Assembly (NCBI GenBank): GCA_965223855.1 | Contig: CBDCXM010000009.1 | Coordinates: forward strand, 336,142-400,141 | Reading direction: 5' to 3' | DNA from: Candidatus Multivoradales bacterium | GTDB lineage: Bacteria; Acidobacteriota; Thermoanaerobaculia; Multivoradales; JAHEKO01 | Length of the DNA: 64,000 nt | Part shown: positions 1 to 9,263 of the stretch, piece after piece | Layout of the letters: every line of letters begins with the position of its first letter | How positions within the stretch are numbered: position 1 is the stretch's first letter | Program-made: the position numbers and the translations under genes | The notes under the pieces: generated by a model | What the model was told of the DNA's origin: nothing | What the model saw: only the letters and a program-made list of their open reading frames with translations | Databases searched by the model: none

Positions 1-358
1 TGTCGACGGCGCGCTCGACTGGAAGCGGCCCCGACTCGGCCACCAACCTGTCGAGCGACGGCCCGTCGACCCACTCCATGGCAATGAAGGAGGTGCCGTC
101 AGGCCCCGCGCTGGCATCGTAGACGGTCACGATCCCGGGGTGGTTGACCCTGCCGGCCGCCCGAGCCTCGAGCACGAATCGGCGCCGAAGCTCTTCCTCC
201 TCCTCCGGGCGGCTGCTCCCGACCGGATCGAGAACCTTGATGGCGACCTTGCGATCGATGTTCGGATCGAGCGCCAGGTAGACCCGACCCATCGACCCGC
301 GGCCGAGTTCGCCGAGGATCTCGAAGCGGCCGATTCTCTCTGGGCCCTGATGTCTCAT
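1..358 (-). CDS. Ser/Thr protein kinase, N-terminal fragment (gene runs off window start)
   Basis: Minus-strand frame from ATG at 358 reads MRHQGPERIGRFEILGELGRGSMGRVYLALDPNIDRKVAIKVL: glycine loop GxGxxG plus the VAIK lysine of Hanks-type kinases. No stop before position 1. Not in the ORF track because it is truncated. Confidence 0.6.
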   Translation of the reverse strand, partial: MRHQGPERIGRFEILGELGRGSMGRVYLALDPNIDRKVAIKVLDPVGSSRPEEEEELRRRFVLEARAAGRVNHPGIVTVYDASAGPDGTSFIAMEWVDGPSLDRLVAESGPLPVERAVD

Positions 359-596
359 CACGAGCTGGAACCGCCGGCATTGTACTGACCACCGGCTGCT
401 CGCCCCTGAGGAACAGGCTAGCCTGCATAGTTCACGAGATCCCGTCACGAAAGGTCGAGGTGCCCGTCAGATCAGGCCACTCGCAGCGACGAGCCCCGGA
501 GGCGTACTTGCAGTACGTCGAGGAGGCGAGGAGTGAGGACGGCCCGAGATGGCGGGCAAGTCGACCTTGCAGTAGGGATCTCGTGAAGAATGCAGG

Positions 597-1889
597 CTAG
601 CGCGGCAGGGGTCGAACCACGACCTGAAGGAGCTCGCTGCCTCTTTGCACCTCGAAGGGGATCGGTCGCCCCGATTCGAGATAGGGGGTCAGCAGCCCCA
701 TCGGGTCGTCGCCGAACGCTTCGCCGGCGACTCTCAACAACAGGTCGCCGGTTCGAAGCCCGTCTTTCTCGGCCGCGCTGCCAGGCGCGACGGCCGTCAC
801 CTCGACGGATCCGTCCGGGCCCGGATCCAGCTGGACGCCGAGTGAGAACTTCGGGCGGTACTCGTCGAGGAGAAGGTCGCCGAGGGCGCGGGAGACCTCG
901 ACAAAGCGTGTGTCGCCGTCCGCCATCCTCGGCTTGTTGGCGTTGGTCAGCGTGACGACGAACGACTCTGCCATCGGCCCGCGGTAGACGAACATCTCGT
1001 AGCCGTAGGCGTCGCCGTTGCGGTTGGCGCCCGGACCGGGGCCGAAGAAGCGCTCGGCCCACTCGGGTTCGAGGATCTTCCCGTCGCGCAGGGCGGTGAG
1101 GAAGCGCCCGGTGTCGCCGGTGGTCGAGGTCTGGCCGCCGCTCCCCATCACCAGCCAGGAGGTCGGTCCCCACCACGGGGGTGCGTTCACTTCGCCGTCG
1201 CTCCGGTTGCCGTAGCCGATCGCCAGCCGCTCCTCCGGTATCGGATCGCCGTTGAAATCGGTGTCGGCCATCTCGGCGGGCCCGTAGATGTGCTCGCGGG
1301 TGTATTCCTGGAAGCTCTCGCCGCTCACGATCTCGACGATCGCCGCCAGCACCCCCCAGGCGGAGTGGGAGTGCTCGTCGCCCTCACCGGGAGGGAAGAG
1401 CAGCTCCTGAGCGAAGATGCGCCGCATCGCCTCGTCGCGATCGATCCAACTGTGATCCGGATCCCGGTCCCCCGGCAGGTCGTGAAAGTCCGGCAGGCCC
1501 GAACCGCCGGTCATCAGGTGGCGGATCGTCGTCGCCCGCTTGTCGGGAGGGACGGCATCGAAGAAGCGGGTGATCGGGTCGTCGAGCGAGAGCCGCCCTT
1601 CCTGCGCGAGCTTGAGGATCGCGACGTGGGTGAAGTCGATCGGTTGCGAGCCGACCGCGAAGATCGTCTCGGGGGTCACGGCAATCCCCTGTTCGCGATT
1701 GGCGAGGCCGTATCCGGCATCGAGGATGGTCTCGCCGTTTCTCACGACGAGCACGGCGCCGGTGAAACCGTCCTCGGCCTGCTCGTCGAGCCAGTCGGGA
1801 AGGGTCGCCCACGAGAGGGGCGTCTCGGCCGTCGCCGCAGTCGCGGCGACGCACAGGGCGATCGACAGGATCGTTCGGGTCTTCGACAT
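597..1889 (-). CDS. beta-lactamase-family serine hydrolase with C-terminal PDZ domain, secreted
   Basis: Start set at internal ATG 1889 (MSKTRTILSIALCVAATAATA signal peptide, GGGAGGAAG Shine-Dalgarno upstream) rather than the ORF-track start. Beta-lactamase/PBP-like fold (FAVGSQPIDFTHVAILKLAQEGRLSLDDP). The usual SxxK is SQPI here, so the Lys is missing. C-terminal PDZ-like GDLLLRVAGE segment. Confidence 0.65.
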   Translation of the reverse strand: MSKTRTILSIALCVAATAATAETPLSWATLPDWLDEQAEDGFTGAVLVVRNGETILDAGYGLANREQGIAVTPETIFAVGSQPIDFTHVAILKLAQEGRLSLDDPITRFFDAVPPDKRATTIRHLMTGGSGLPDFHDLPGDRDPDHSWIDRDEAMRRIFAQELLFPPGEGDEHSHSAWGVLAAIVEIVSGESFQEYTREHIYGPAEMADTDFNGDPIPEERLAIGYGNRSDGEVNAPPWWGPTSWLVMGSGGQTSTTGDTGRFLTALRDGKILEPEWAERFFGPGPGANRNGDAYGYEMFVYRGPMAESFVVTLTNANKPRMADGDTRFVEVSRALGDLLLDEYRPKFSLGVQLDPGPDGSVEVTAVAPGSAAEKDGLRTGDLLLRVAGEAFGDDPMGLLTPYLESGRPIPFEVQRGSELLQVVVRPLPR

Positions 1890-1976
1890 GGGGCTTCCTC
1901 CCGGGCGGACGGTCTGCTTGCGTCGTCTTATCGCTGAGATCAACTCACGACGGCTCGATCGGTTCCGGCGGCCTCG

Positions 1977-2927
1977 TCACTCGGCAAGACTCAGGCCGAG
2001 ACGACGGCATCGCGCCCGTGCGCCAGCGGCTTGAGCAGCCCGTAGACGGTCTCGGCCACCGGCACTGGAGACAGCCGCCCGCCGCGCCCGGCGTACCAGC
2101 TCTCCCTGGAGCGACTCGAGTTCCGTCGGCTTGCCGAGCGAGATGTCGTGGTGGAGCGACGACCGGAGGCCGGGCTCGGTGTCGAGGGCGAACTGCACGT
2201 GACCGGCGAGCCGTTCCTCCGACAGGGCGGCACCTTCGGCCCTCGCGACGGCCGCCGCTTCGTCGAGCAACGCGCGGTAGACACCGAACGCCTCCGGCTC
2301 GGCGCGAATCTCGCCCATCGTCAGGCGCGAGAGAGCGGTCACCCCGGAAGCGGCGCAGATGAAGGCGAACTTGCTCCACAGGTCGCTGCGGATGTCCTCC
2401 GAGAGGGTCGCCTCGATGCCCGCGCTCCCGAAGGCCGTCAGAAGGGCCCGGCCGCGCTCGCTCGACCCGCCGCCCATCTCGCCGAAGATCAGCGTCGCCG
2501 GGCCGGCGATGTGCCGCACGAGGCCCGGCTCGTCGATCGTCGCCAGCAGGTAGACGAGCCCTCCGAGGACGCGCCCTTCGCCGACCGCGTCCGCCAGCAG
2601 TTCCTCGTTGCCGAGCCCGTTCTGGAGCGATACGACGACGGTCTCGGCACCGATCAGCGGCACGATCGCGGGCAGCACGTCGGCGGTGTGCTGCGACTTG
2701 ACCGCTACCAGCACCGCTGCCACCGGCCCGACCTCGTCGGTCTCGGAGGTTGCCGACACCGTGAGCTCGAGGTCGCCCAGGAGACTCTCGAGCCGGAGGC
2801 CCTTCGTCCGCAGCGCTTCGAGATGAGACCCGGGGCGGCCGACGAAGTGCACTTCGTGCCCCGCGCCCTGCAACCGCGCTCCGAAGTAGCCGCCGACACC
2901 GCCCGGTCCCACGACGGCGAACTTCAT
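1977..2927 (-). CDS. panE: 2-dehydropantoate 2-reductase (ketopantoate reductase)
   Basis: Start moved to internal ATG at 2927 (MKFAVVGPGGVGGYFGARL, Rossmann GxGxxG). ApbA/PanE-like N- and C-domains follow. The upstream part of ORF 1977..3137 is a longest-ORF artefact. Confidence 0.65.
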   Translation of the reverse strand: MKFAVVGPGGVGGYFGARLQGAGHEVHFVGRPGSHLEALRTKGLRLESLLGDLELTVSATSETDEVGPVAAVLVAVKSQHTADVLPAIVPLIGAETVVVSLQNGLGNEELLADAVGEGRVLGGLVYLLATIDEPGLVRHIAGPATLIFGEMGGGSSERGRALLTAFGSAGIEATLSEDIRSDLWSKFAFICAASGVTALSRLTMGEIRAEPEAFGVYRALLDEAAAVARAEGAALSEERLAGHVQFALDTEPGLRSSLHHDISLGKPTELESLQGELVRRARRAAVSSAGGRDRLRAAQAAGARARCRRLGLSLAE

Positions 2928-3140
2928 CGGCATCTCCTCCGACAGGGCACGACTTCGTCCGATCGGTTCACGGGCGAAGCGTATCCGAGCCTCCCGGAAG
3001 CGAGCGGCTCGCGCTCGATCGGACGCCCTCAGCGAAGGATTCCGGCCGCACGAACATCTCTCAAGGGTGTGACCCAGCGCCCCGTCCGGAAGCGGCGCTT
3101 CAGCCAACACCCCCGAATGAACCCGAGAGGAGCCCACAAG

Positions 3141-4142
3141 ATGAAAGCCCGAAACCGAGCGAAGCGCCTGGCCGTGACGACGCTACTCGCCCTCTTCATC
3201 CTGCCCGCGATCGTCAGCGCCGCAACGCCCTGCAAACAGACCTCGCTCGCCATGCGCAAGAGCTGCAAGAACGAGGCGCGCGAGGAGTACTGGGTCGAGG
3301 TCGGGATCTGCCGCAACGTCGACCCTGCCGACGAACCGCAGTGCCTCGCCGACGCGCTGGCGGCGAAGGACGAGGCGCTCGAGGAGTGCACCGACGTCTA
3401 CCGCTCGCGCAACAAGCTGTGCCACGACCTCGACGAGGATCGCTACGACCCCGACTTCGACCCGGCCGACTTCACCGACGTCTTCGACAACCGCAACGAC
3501 TACCTGCCGATCGCCGTCGGCAATCGCTGGGTCTACGAGGGCGAGGACGAGACGATCACCGTCGAGGTGCTCGACCAGACGAAGCTGATCGAAGACGTCA
3601 CCTGCATCGTCGTCAACGACCTGGTGGAAGGGGAGGAAGCGATCGAGGACACCGACGACTGGTTCGCGCAGGCCACCAACGGCGACGTTCACTACTGCGG
3701 TGAGATCTCGCGCGACTTCGAGATCTTCGAGGACGACGACCCGGCGCTGCCGGAGCTGGTGGCGATCGACGGCTCCTTCAAGGCGGGCCGCGACGGCTCC
3801 AAGTCGGGCATCCTGATGTTCGACTTCCCGCAGGTGGGGACGTACTACCGCCAGGAGTGGGCGCTCGGCGAGGCGGAGGACGCCGCCGTCGTCATGTCCA
3901 ACAACTACTCCTACGGCGACGATCCCGATCTCGACGCCTTCGTGCCGCAGGACCTCGCCGACGCGATGTGCGATGACGACTGCGTCGTCACGCGCGACTA
4001 CACGCCGCACGATCCCGGCGAGTACGAGCTCAAGTACTACGCTCCCGGCGTCGGCCTCTTCCTCGAGACCAAGCCCGAGGACGGTGAGGTCGTCGAGATC
4101 GTCGAGTGCAATCTCGGCGGGCGCTGCAACGACATCCCCTAG
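3141..4142 (+). CDS. hypothetical secreted protein, very acidic and Cys-rich
   Basis: ATG 3141 preceded by GAGAGGAG Shine-Dalgarno. Signal peptide MKARNRAKRLAVTTLLALFILPAIVSAATP. Long D/E-rich sequence with about 12 Cys. The first 1 kb of ORF 2148..4142 is antisense to panE and was discarded. Confidence 0.5.
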   Translation: MKARNRAKRLAVTTLLALFILPAIVSAATPCKQTSLAMRKSCKNEAREEYWVEVGICRNVDPADEPQCLADALAAKDEALEECTDVYRSRNKLCHDLDEDRYDPDFDPADFTDVFDNRNDYLPIAVGNRWVYEGEDETITVEVLDQTKLIEDVTCIVVNDLVEGEEAIEDTDDWFAQATNGDVHYCGEISRDFEIFEDDDPALPELVAIDGSFKAGRDGSKSGILMFDFPQVGTYYRQEWALGEAEDAAVVMSNNYSYGDDPDLDAFVPQDLADAMCDDDCVVTRDYTPHDPGEYELKYYAPGVGLFLETKPEDGEVVEIVECNLGGRCNDIP

Positions 4143-4226
4143 CGGGACTGGTCCGACGGTACTCGGGCCTGCATCCCCCGAGACGGATCGGACAGCGGCG
4201 CCGGCGGTTGCCGGCGCCGCCCTTTT

Positions 4227-5795
4227 TCATTTCCGGTCGGCGGCGCCGCGAGCGAGGTCTCGCTGGCGACCGACGTCGGGGACCCTCAACTCCCGCTCGC
4301 CACGGAAGCGCGTCAGCAGGGCCTCGGACAGTCTCTCGTGGCTGACCCGGACCCTCTCGCCGGCCGCCAGCATCGCGTAGCCGTCTCCGCCGTTCGCCAG
4401 GAACTGGCTCGAGGCCACGGTGTAGAGGCGGTCGGGATCGAGCGGTTCGCCACCGACGCTTACCTCCTGCAACCGCTCTCCCGCCGGACGTCGCGAGTCG
4501 TAGGTCGTCTCGACCCCGGAGGCCTGAGCCAGTCCGTAGTGGAGGGCGTAGCCGTACTCGAGCAGCTCGTGCAACGCGCGGCCGTCGATCCGCGTTACGA
4601 CGTAGGGGCCGATGAAGGGGTAGACGTTGAGGACCTCCTCGACCGTGATCTCCCCGGGATTGAAGTCGGCCCGCAGGCTGCCCGAGTTGAAGATCGCGAC
4701 GTCGACCCCCGAAGCCTCGCGAAGGGTGTCGGCGAGCAGGTTGCCGAGGTTCGATTCCCGGTAGTAACGGCGGAACGCCAGGCGATCGATCGACGCGACG
4801 ACCTCCGTGAGTTCCGGATGCGCGTCCCGCGCCCGCCGGATCGCGTCGCGGGTCGCAGCGTCGGCCGGAAGATCCTCCGCCGCCACCGGCAGCAGCTCAC
4901 CCTCCTCCAAAGTGACCGTTCCTTCCTCGACCGCGAGCCGCATCCGGCCGAGGTACTTCCCCTGACCGAAGGTGAGGCCGACGAGGGTTCCGGTGACAGG
5001 GTGGCGCGCCGGCTCCCACAGACCGTGGTCGGAGTGGCCGCCCAGGATGACGTCGACGCCGCGCAGCGTGCCGGCCATCGCCCAGTCCTCGTCGAACCCG
5101 CGCTGCACCTCCGGGTCGGCCTCCTTGTCGGTTTGCATCGGTGCCGTGCGGTTCTGGTGGGTCAGCACGACCACCAGATCGACCTCCCCCCGGAGCGCGT
5201 CGACCCACTGCTGGACGATCGGCGTCGGATCGCGCACCTCCAGCCCCTCGACGTGGGCCGGGTTGATCGCGTTGACGAAGGCGTCGACCCCCATCGCGCC
5301 GACGACGCCGACGCGGAACCCTTCCTTTTCGAGGATGGTGTAGGCGCGGGTGAACGGGATGTCGGCCCCGGCGTAGAAGACGTTCGCGCACAGCACCGGG
5401 AAGCGCGCCCGCTGGTGGACCCGCCACAAGCTCTCCCAGCCGTACTCGAACTCGTGATTGCCGAGGTTGACGGCGTCGTAGCCCATCAGGCCGTAGAGGT
5501 CGAACGGCAGGCGGCCCTCGGTCGCCTGCGACAGCGCCCCGGTGTAGATGTCGCCCGCATCGAAGAGGAAGCTCAGCTCCTCCTCTTCCCTGGTCTTCGC
5601 GATCAACGTCGCGAGGTGCGGGATGCCCCCGATCGCCTCGACCTGCGGGTCCCAGAACGCCTCGACCGGCTCGTAGACGCTCTCGATGTCGTTCGTATAG
5701 AGCAGCGTCACGGTCCGCGGCTCCGCCACCAGAGCGCTCGAGACGAGACCGACGAGGGCGGCGGTCAGCGCCCACCGAGGAAGCGGGACGGTCAC
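4227..5795 (-). CDS. bifunctional metallophosphatase / 5'-nucleotidase (UshA family), secreted
   Basis: GTG start at 5795 overlapping the stop of the upstream gene (GTGA). Signal peptide. Calcineurin-like metallophosphoesterase motifs (GNHEFEYG, ILGGHSDH) and a C-terminal 5'-nucleotidase domain. Confidence 0.75.
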   Translation of the reverse strand: MTVPLPRWALTAALVGLVSSALVAEPRTVTLLYTNDIESVYEPVEAFWDPQVEAIGGIPHLATLIAKTREEEELSFLFDAGDIYTGALSQATEGRLPFDLYGLMGYDAVNLGNHEFEYGWESLWRVHQRARFPVLCANVFYAGADIPFTRAYTILEKEGFRVGVVGAMGVDAFVNAINPAHVEGLEVRDPTPIVQQWVDALRGEVDLVVVLTHQNRTAPMQTDKEADPEVQRGFDEDWAMAGTLRGVDVILGGHSDHGLWEPARHPVTGTLVGLTFGQGKYLGRMRLAVEEGTVTLEEGELLPVAAEDLPADAATRDAIRRARDAHPELTEVVASIDRLAFRRYYRESNLGNLLADTLREASGVDVAIFNSGSLRADFNPGEITVEEVLNVYPFIGPYVVTRIDGRALHELLEYGYALHYGLAQASGVETTYDSRRPAGERLQEVSVGGEPLDPDRLYTVASSQFLANGGDGYAMLAAGERVRVSHERLSEALLTRFRGERELRVPDVGRQRDLARGAADRK

Positions 5796-7387
5796 TCGCT
5801 CGCCCGACCTAGCCTTCCGTAGCTCGCCGCCTCGCCTTCGGCCGGCGTCGTCGCCTCGATGAACTCCCTCAGGTGCTGGTTGGAGGTCTCGAGATCCTCG
5901 CGGCGCAAGTACATCATGTGCCCGCTTTCGTACCCCTCGAAACTCAGCCGTTCGCGCAATCGACCGCTACGATCGAGATTCCACAGCACGTACTTGGCGG
6001 TGAAGTAGTCGGTGGCACCGTCGTAGTAGCCCGACTGGACCAGGACCTGGAGGAACGGGTTCTGCGCCATAGCGCGGCGCAGCTCCTCGGCGACGTCGTG
6101 CTCGCCGCGCCCCTCCCACGGCCGCACCGGGCCGAACAGGTTGTACTGGAGATCGGTCTCGAAGCCGAGCTCCTCGCGCAGGTAGTGGTTGATCGCCGGG
6201 GCGAAGGCGTGGTTCCACGAGGTGAGCTCCGGCGAGTAGTCGTAGCGCTCGCCAGCCGCCTTGCGGTCGATGCCGAGGTAGCGCGAGTCGAGCCGCCCGA
6301 TGGTGAAGCCCTCGTCGCGCAGCAGCTCCTTCCAGAACGCCGACACCGGGATCGCCAGGTTGTGGTCGAGCACGAAGCGCTCCGAGACCCCGGCGTAGCG
6401 GGCGACCTGGCGGGCGATCTCGTCGCGCTCGCCCTCTTCGAGGAAACCGCCGCGCGCCAGCGCCGGCAGGTACTGATCGAGGGTGAAGGTCTCCGCCTGC
6501 TCCATCAGCGCGTGGAGATCGAGATTCTGGAGGTCGTCGTCGAGCTGGCCGTGGTAGTGAGCCGCGGCGGCGTAGTAGGGAAGCTTCAGGACCGAGGAGC
6601 GCGGCGCCGGACCCTCGGCCTCCATGCCGAGGCCGGTCGGCGAGACGAGGATCACGCCGTTGAGATACATCCAGTGACGCTCCTGGAGCTCGGCCGCGAG
6701 GCCGGAGACCCTCGTCGTGCCGTAGCTCTCGCCGATCAGGTATTTGGGCGAGCGCCAGCGTCCCTGGCGCGAGACGAAGACGTCGATCCAGTCGGCAAGG
6801 TAGGTGATGTCCGCCTCGACGCCGAAGAACGTCTCGCGATCGACCTCCGGGTCGAGCACCCGCGAGAAGCCGGTGTTGGCCGGGTTGACGTAGACGATGT
6901 CGGCCACATCCAGCAGCGAGTACGGGTTGTCGCGCACACCGTACGGCTGGACAGGGAAGCCCTCGTCGTCGATCACCAGCACCTTGGGGCTGGTGTAGCC
7001 GAGATGCATCCACAGCGAGCCCGACCCGGGGCCGCCGTTGAACGAGACGAAGAGCGGCCTGCGGGTGTCGTCGGCGACGTCGCTGCGGCGGTAGTAGGTG
7101 TAGTGGAGCGCCGCGATGGTCGCGCCGTCCTCGCCGTAGACCGGCTGGGTCCCGGTGGTGACCTCGTAAGGCACCCGCCGGCCGAGGATCTCGACGGTCG
7201 CCGCCCTGGTCAGCGCGGTGTCGGCGGGGAGCTTGCGCTCTGGGAGGCTCTCCATCGGCGACTCGGCGCCCTTCATGCTCTCCTTGTCGTCCTCCGCAGC
7301 CGGCAGAGGGCTTCCGGTCAGGAAGGTGGCGGCGAGCAGAACGGCGCTCCACGAGCGCCGCAGCGAGAAAGCGCGTTCGTGCGACAT
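5792..7387 (-). CDS. serine carboxypeptidase, peptidase S10 family, secreted
   Basis: ATG 7387 with perfect AAGGAGG Shine-Dalgarno. Signal peptide. GESYG catalytic-serine motif and S10-like length (531 aa). 4-nt overlap with the downstream 5'-nucleotidase gene. Confidence 0.65.
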   Translation of the reverse strand: MSHERAFSLRRSWSAVLLAATFLTGSPLPAAEDDKESMKGAESPMESLPERKLPADTALTRAATVEILGRRVPYEVTTGTQPVYGEDGATIAALHYTYYRRSDVADDTRRPLFVSFNGGPGSGSLWMHLGYTSPKVLVIDDEGFPVQPYGVRDNPYSLLDVADIVYVNPANTGFSRVLDPEVDRETFFGVEADITYLADWIDVFVSRQGRWRSPKYLIGESYGTTRVSGLAAELQERHWMYLNGVILVSPTGLGMEAEGPAPRSSVLKLPYYAAAAHYHGQLDDDLQNLDLHALMEQAETFTLDQYLPALARGGFLEEGERDEIARQVARYAGVSERFVLDHNLAIPVSAFWKELLRDEGFTIGRLDSRYLGIDRKAAGERYDYSPELTSWNHAFAPAINHYLREELGFETDLQYNLFGPVRPWEGRGEHDVAEELRRAMAQNPFLQVLVQSGYYDGATDYFTAKYVLWNLDRSGRLRERLSFEGYESGHMMYLRREDLETSNQHLREFIEATTPAEGEAASYGRLGRASE

Positions 7388-7448
7388 GGGACCTCCTTTG
7401 GAAGAGTCGAGCGCAACCTAGCACGCGGCAGGAAGGGCTAGACTCCCC

Positions 7449-7490
7449 CGACTCCGACGAGCCGACTCCGACGAACCGACCCCGATGAAC
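7449..7490. repeat. three tandem imperfect 14-bp direct repeats (cgactccgacgagc / cgactccgacgaac / cgaccccgatgaac)
   Basis: Read directly in the sequence immediately upstream of, and overlapping, the ATG (7485) of the SGNH hydrolase gene. Confidence 0.5.
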
Positions 7491-8375
7491 CCTCCCCACC
7501 CGCATCGCTCCGCGCTCCCCGGCCAGGCCTCCGATCACCGAGCCTCGGGCCGAAGTCGATGGCGGCGCTACGTCGCCCTCGGCGACAGCTTCGCCGAAGG
7601 ATTGGACGATCCTGACGGCAACGGCGGCTTCCACGGCTGGGCGGACCGGCTCGCGGCGCAGCTGGCCTTCGGCGAGGACGGCGTGCGCTACGCCAACCTC
7701 GCCATCCGCGGCCGGCGTACCCGCCGCATCCTCGACGAGCAGCTCGCCCCGGCGATCGCCCTAAAGCCCGACCTCGTGACGCTGTCGTGCGGCACCAACG
7801 ACGTCGTAGCGCGGCGCTTCGACCTCGAGACGGTCGCGACCGACATCGAGCGGCTTCATGCGGAGATCGCCGCGACCGGCGCCACCCTGGTCGCCTTCAC
7901 CCTGCCGGACCTGTCACCGATCATGCTGCTCGGCCGCCTCGTCGCGCCCCGGGTTCGGGCGCTCAACGAGGCGATCCGCGAGATCTCCCGGCGCAGCGGC
8001 GCCCGGCTGCTCGACTTCGATCCCTATCCGATCGTCGGCGATCCGCGGATGTGGAGCGCCGATCGACTGCACGCCAACAGCGCCGGCCACCGGCGGATCG
8101 CGGGGGCGATCGCCCACCTCCTCGATCTTCCCGACAGCAACGAGAGCTGGGCAGAGCCGCTCCCCGAGGTTGCCGCCCCATCCGCTGCACGCCGTCTCGC
8201 CCTGGAAGCCCGCTGGGCCTCGGACTACCTCATTCCATGGTGGTGGCGCCATCTGCGAGGTCGTTCGTCGGGTGACAGCGTCGTGGCCAAGCGGGCGACC
8301 CTGGAGACGGTGAAGGGCACCCCACTCGAAGCGCTCGTCGGCGCGGAAGGCAACCGCGACGCGCAGCTGGCGTAG
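7485..8375 (+). CDS. SGNH/GDSL-family hydrolase (lipase/esterase-like), probably cytoplasmic
   Basis: GDSF block (YVALGDSFAEG) near the N-terminus and a downstream GTND block. No signal peptide. Confidence 0.6.
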   Translation: MNPPHPHRSALPGQASDHRASGRSRWRRYVALGDSFAEGLDDPDGNGGFHGWADRLAAQLAFGEDGVRYANLAIRGRRTRRILDEQLAPAIALKPDLVTLSCGTNDVVARRFDLETVATDIERLHAEIAATGATLVAFTLPDLSPIMLLGRLVAPRVRALNEAIREISRRSGARLLDFDPYPIVGDPRMWSADRLHANSAGHRRIAGAIAHLLDLPDSNESWAEPLPEVAAPSAARRLALEARWASDYLIPWWWRHLRGRSSGDSVVAKRATLETVKGTPLEALVGAEGNRDAQLA

Positions 8376-8386
8376 TTCATCTTCGA

Positions 8387-9139
8387 ATGGAGACGCTTCC
8401 GGTCCACTGGGACCACCTCCTTGTCGCCGTAGTGGCGGTCGCGCTGCCGCTCTACTCGAACCTCACCTGGCAGGCCACCCGGCGGGCGATCGAGAGTCGC
8501 GGCGAGCCGGCGCGAGTCGCCTTCTATCGCGAGGAGGCCTGCTGGCAGCTCGCCGTCTCGCTCGCGATCGCGATCCGCTGGGCCGCTGCCGGTCGCAAGT
8601 GGTCCGAGCTCGGCCTCGGCCCTCTCGCCGGCGGACCGTGGGCGCTGCTCGCGCTGGCCGTCGTCGTTGCCGTCGTCGCGTTCCTTTGGCGTCAGTACCG
8701 GGCGGTCCACGGCGGGCGGGCGGACCTGTCGCAGGTCGCGGAGCAGCTCGACCAGCTCGGCCCCCTGCTGCCCGACACGCCTATCGAGCGCTCCTGGTAC
8801 AAGGCCGTATCGGTCGGTGCCGGTGTCGCCGAGGAGCTCTTCTGGCGCGGCTTCATGCTCTGGTACCTCACCCCATGGCTCGGCCTCGGTTGGAGCGCGG
8901 TGGTCTCCGCCGTCGCGTTCACCCTGCTCCACCTCTATCAGGGGTGGAAACAACTCCCGGGGGTCGCTGTCGGCTCGACCGTCGCCACGGTGCTGAGACT
9001 CGCCACCGGCACCGTTTGGGTGCCGATGCTCCTCCACGCCGCCGGGGATTGGTTCCAGGGGCTTACCGCTGCGGAAGCGCGACGACAGCTCACCTCGACC
9101 GCAGCGGCTGAGCAGGTCGAGACTCCGGTCACCCGGTAG
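8387..9139 (+). CDS. CPBP-family intramembrane metalloprotease (CAAX protease-like)
   Basis: Multi-TM protein with EELFWRG (EExxxR), FTLLH (FxxxH) and HAAGDW motifs. Confidence 0.65.
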   Translation: METLPVHWDHLLVAVVAVALPLYSNLTWQATRRAIESRGEPARVAFYREEACWQLAVSLAIAIRWAAAGRKWSELGLGPLAGGPWALLALAVVVAVVAFLWRQYRAVHGGRADLSQVAEQLDQLGPLLPDTPIERSWYKAVSVGAGVAEELFWRGFMLWYLTPWLGLGWSAVVSAVAFTLLHLYQGWKQLPGVAVGSTVATVLRLATGTVWVPMLLHAAGDWFQGLTAAEARRQLTSTAAAEQVETPVTR

Positions 9140-9263
9140 TCACCCTTCACCCTGCTCGCGGGCCTCGAGGGGCTCGGCCTGCGTCCGAGTACACTCAGGT
9201 ATCGGACGGAAGTGCACCGAAACGACGACTGCCGTCGGCTACAGAGGCAGAAGCAACCCGGGA

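Noticed and set aside
2148-3140. 5' part of ORF 2148..4142
   Set aside because: Antisense to panE. The real gene starts at ATG 3141, with a Shine-Dalgarno and signal peptide.
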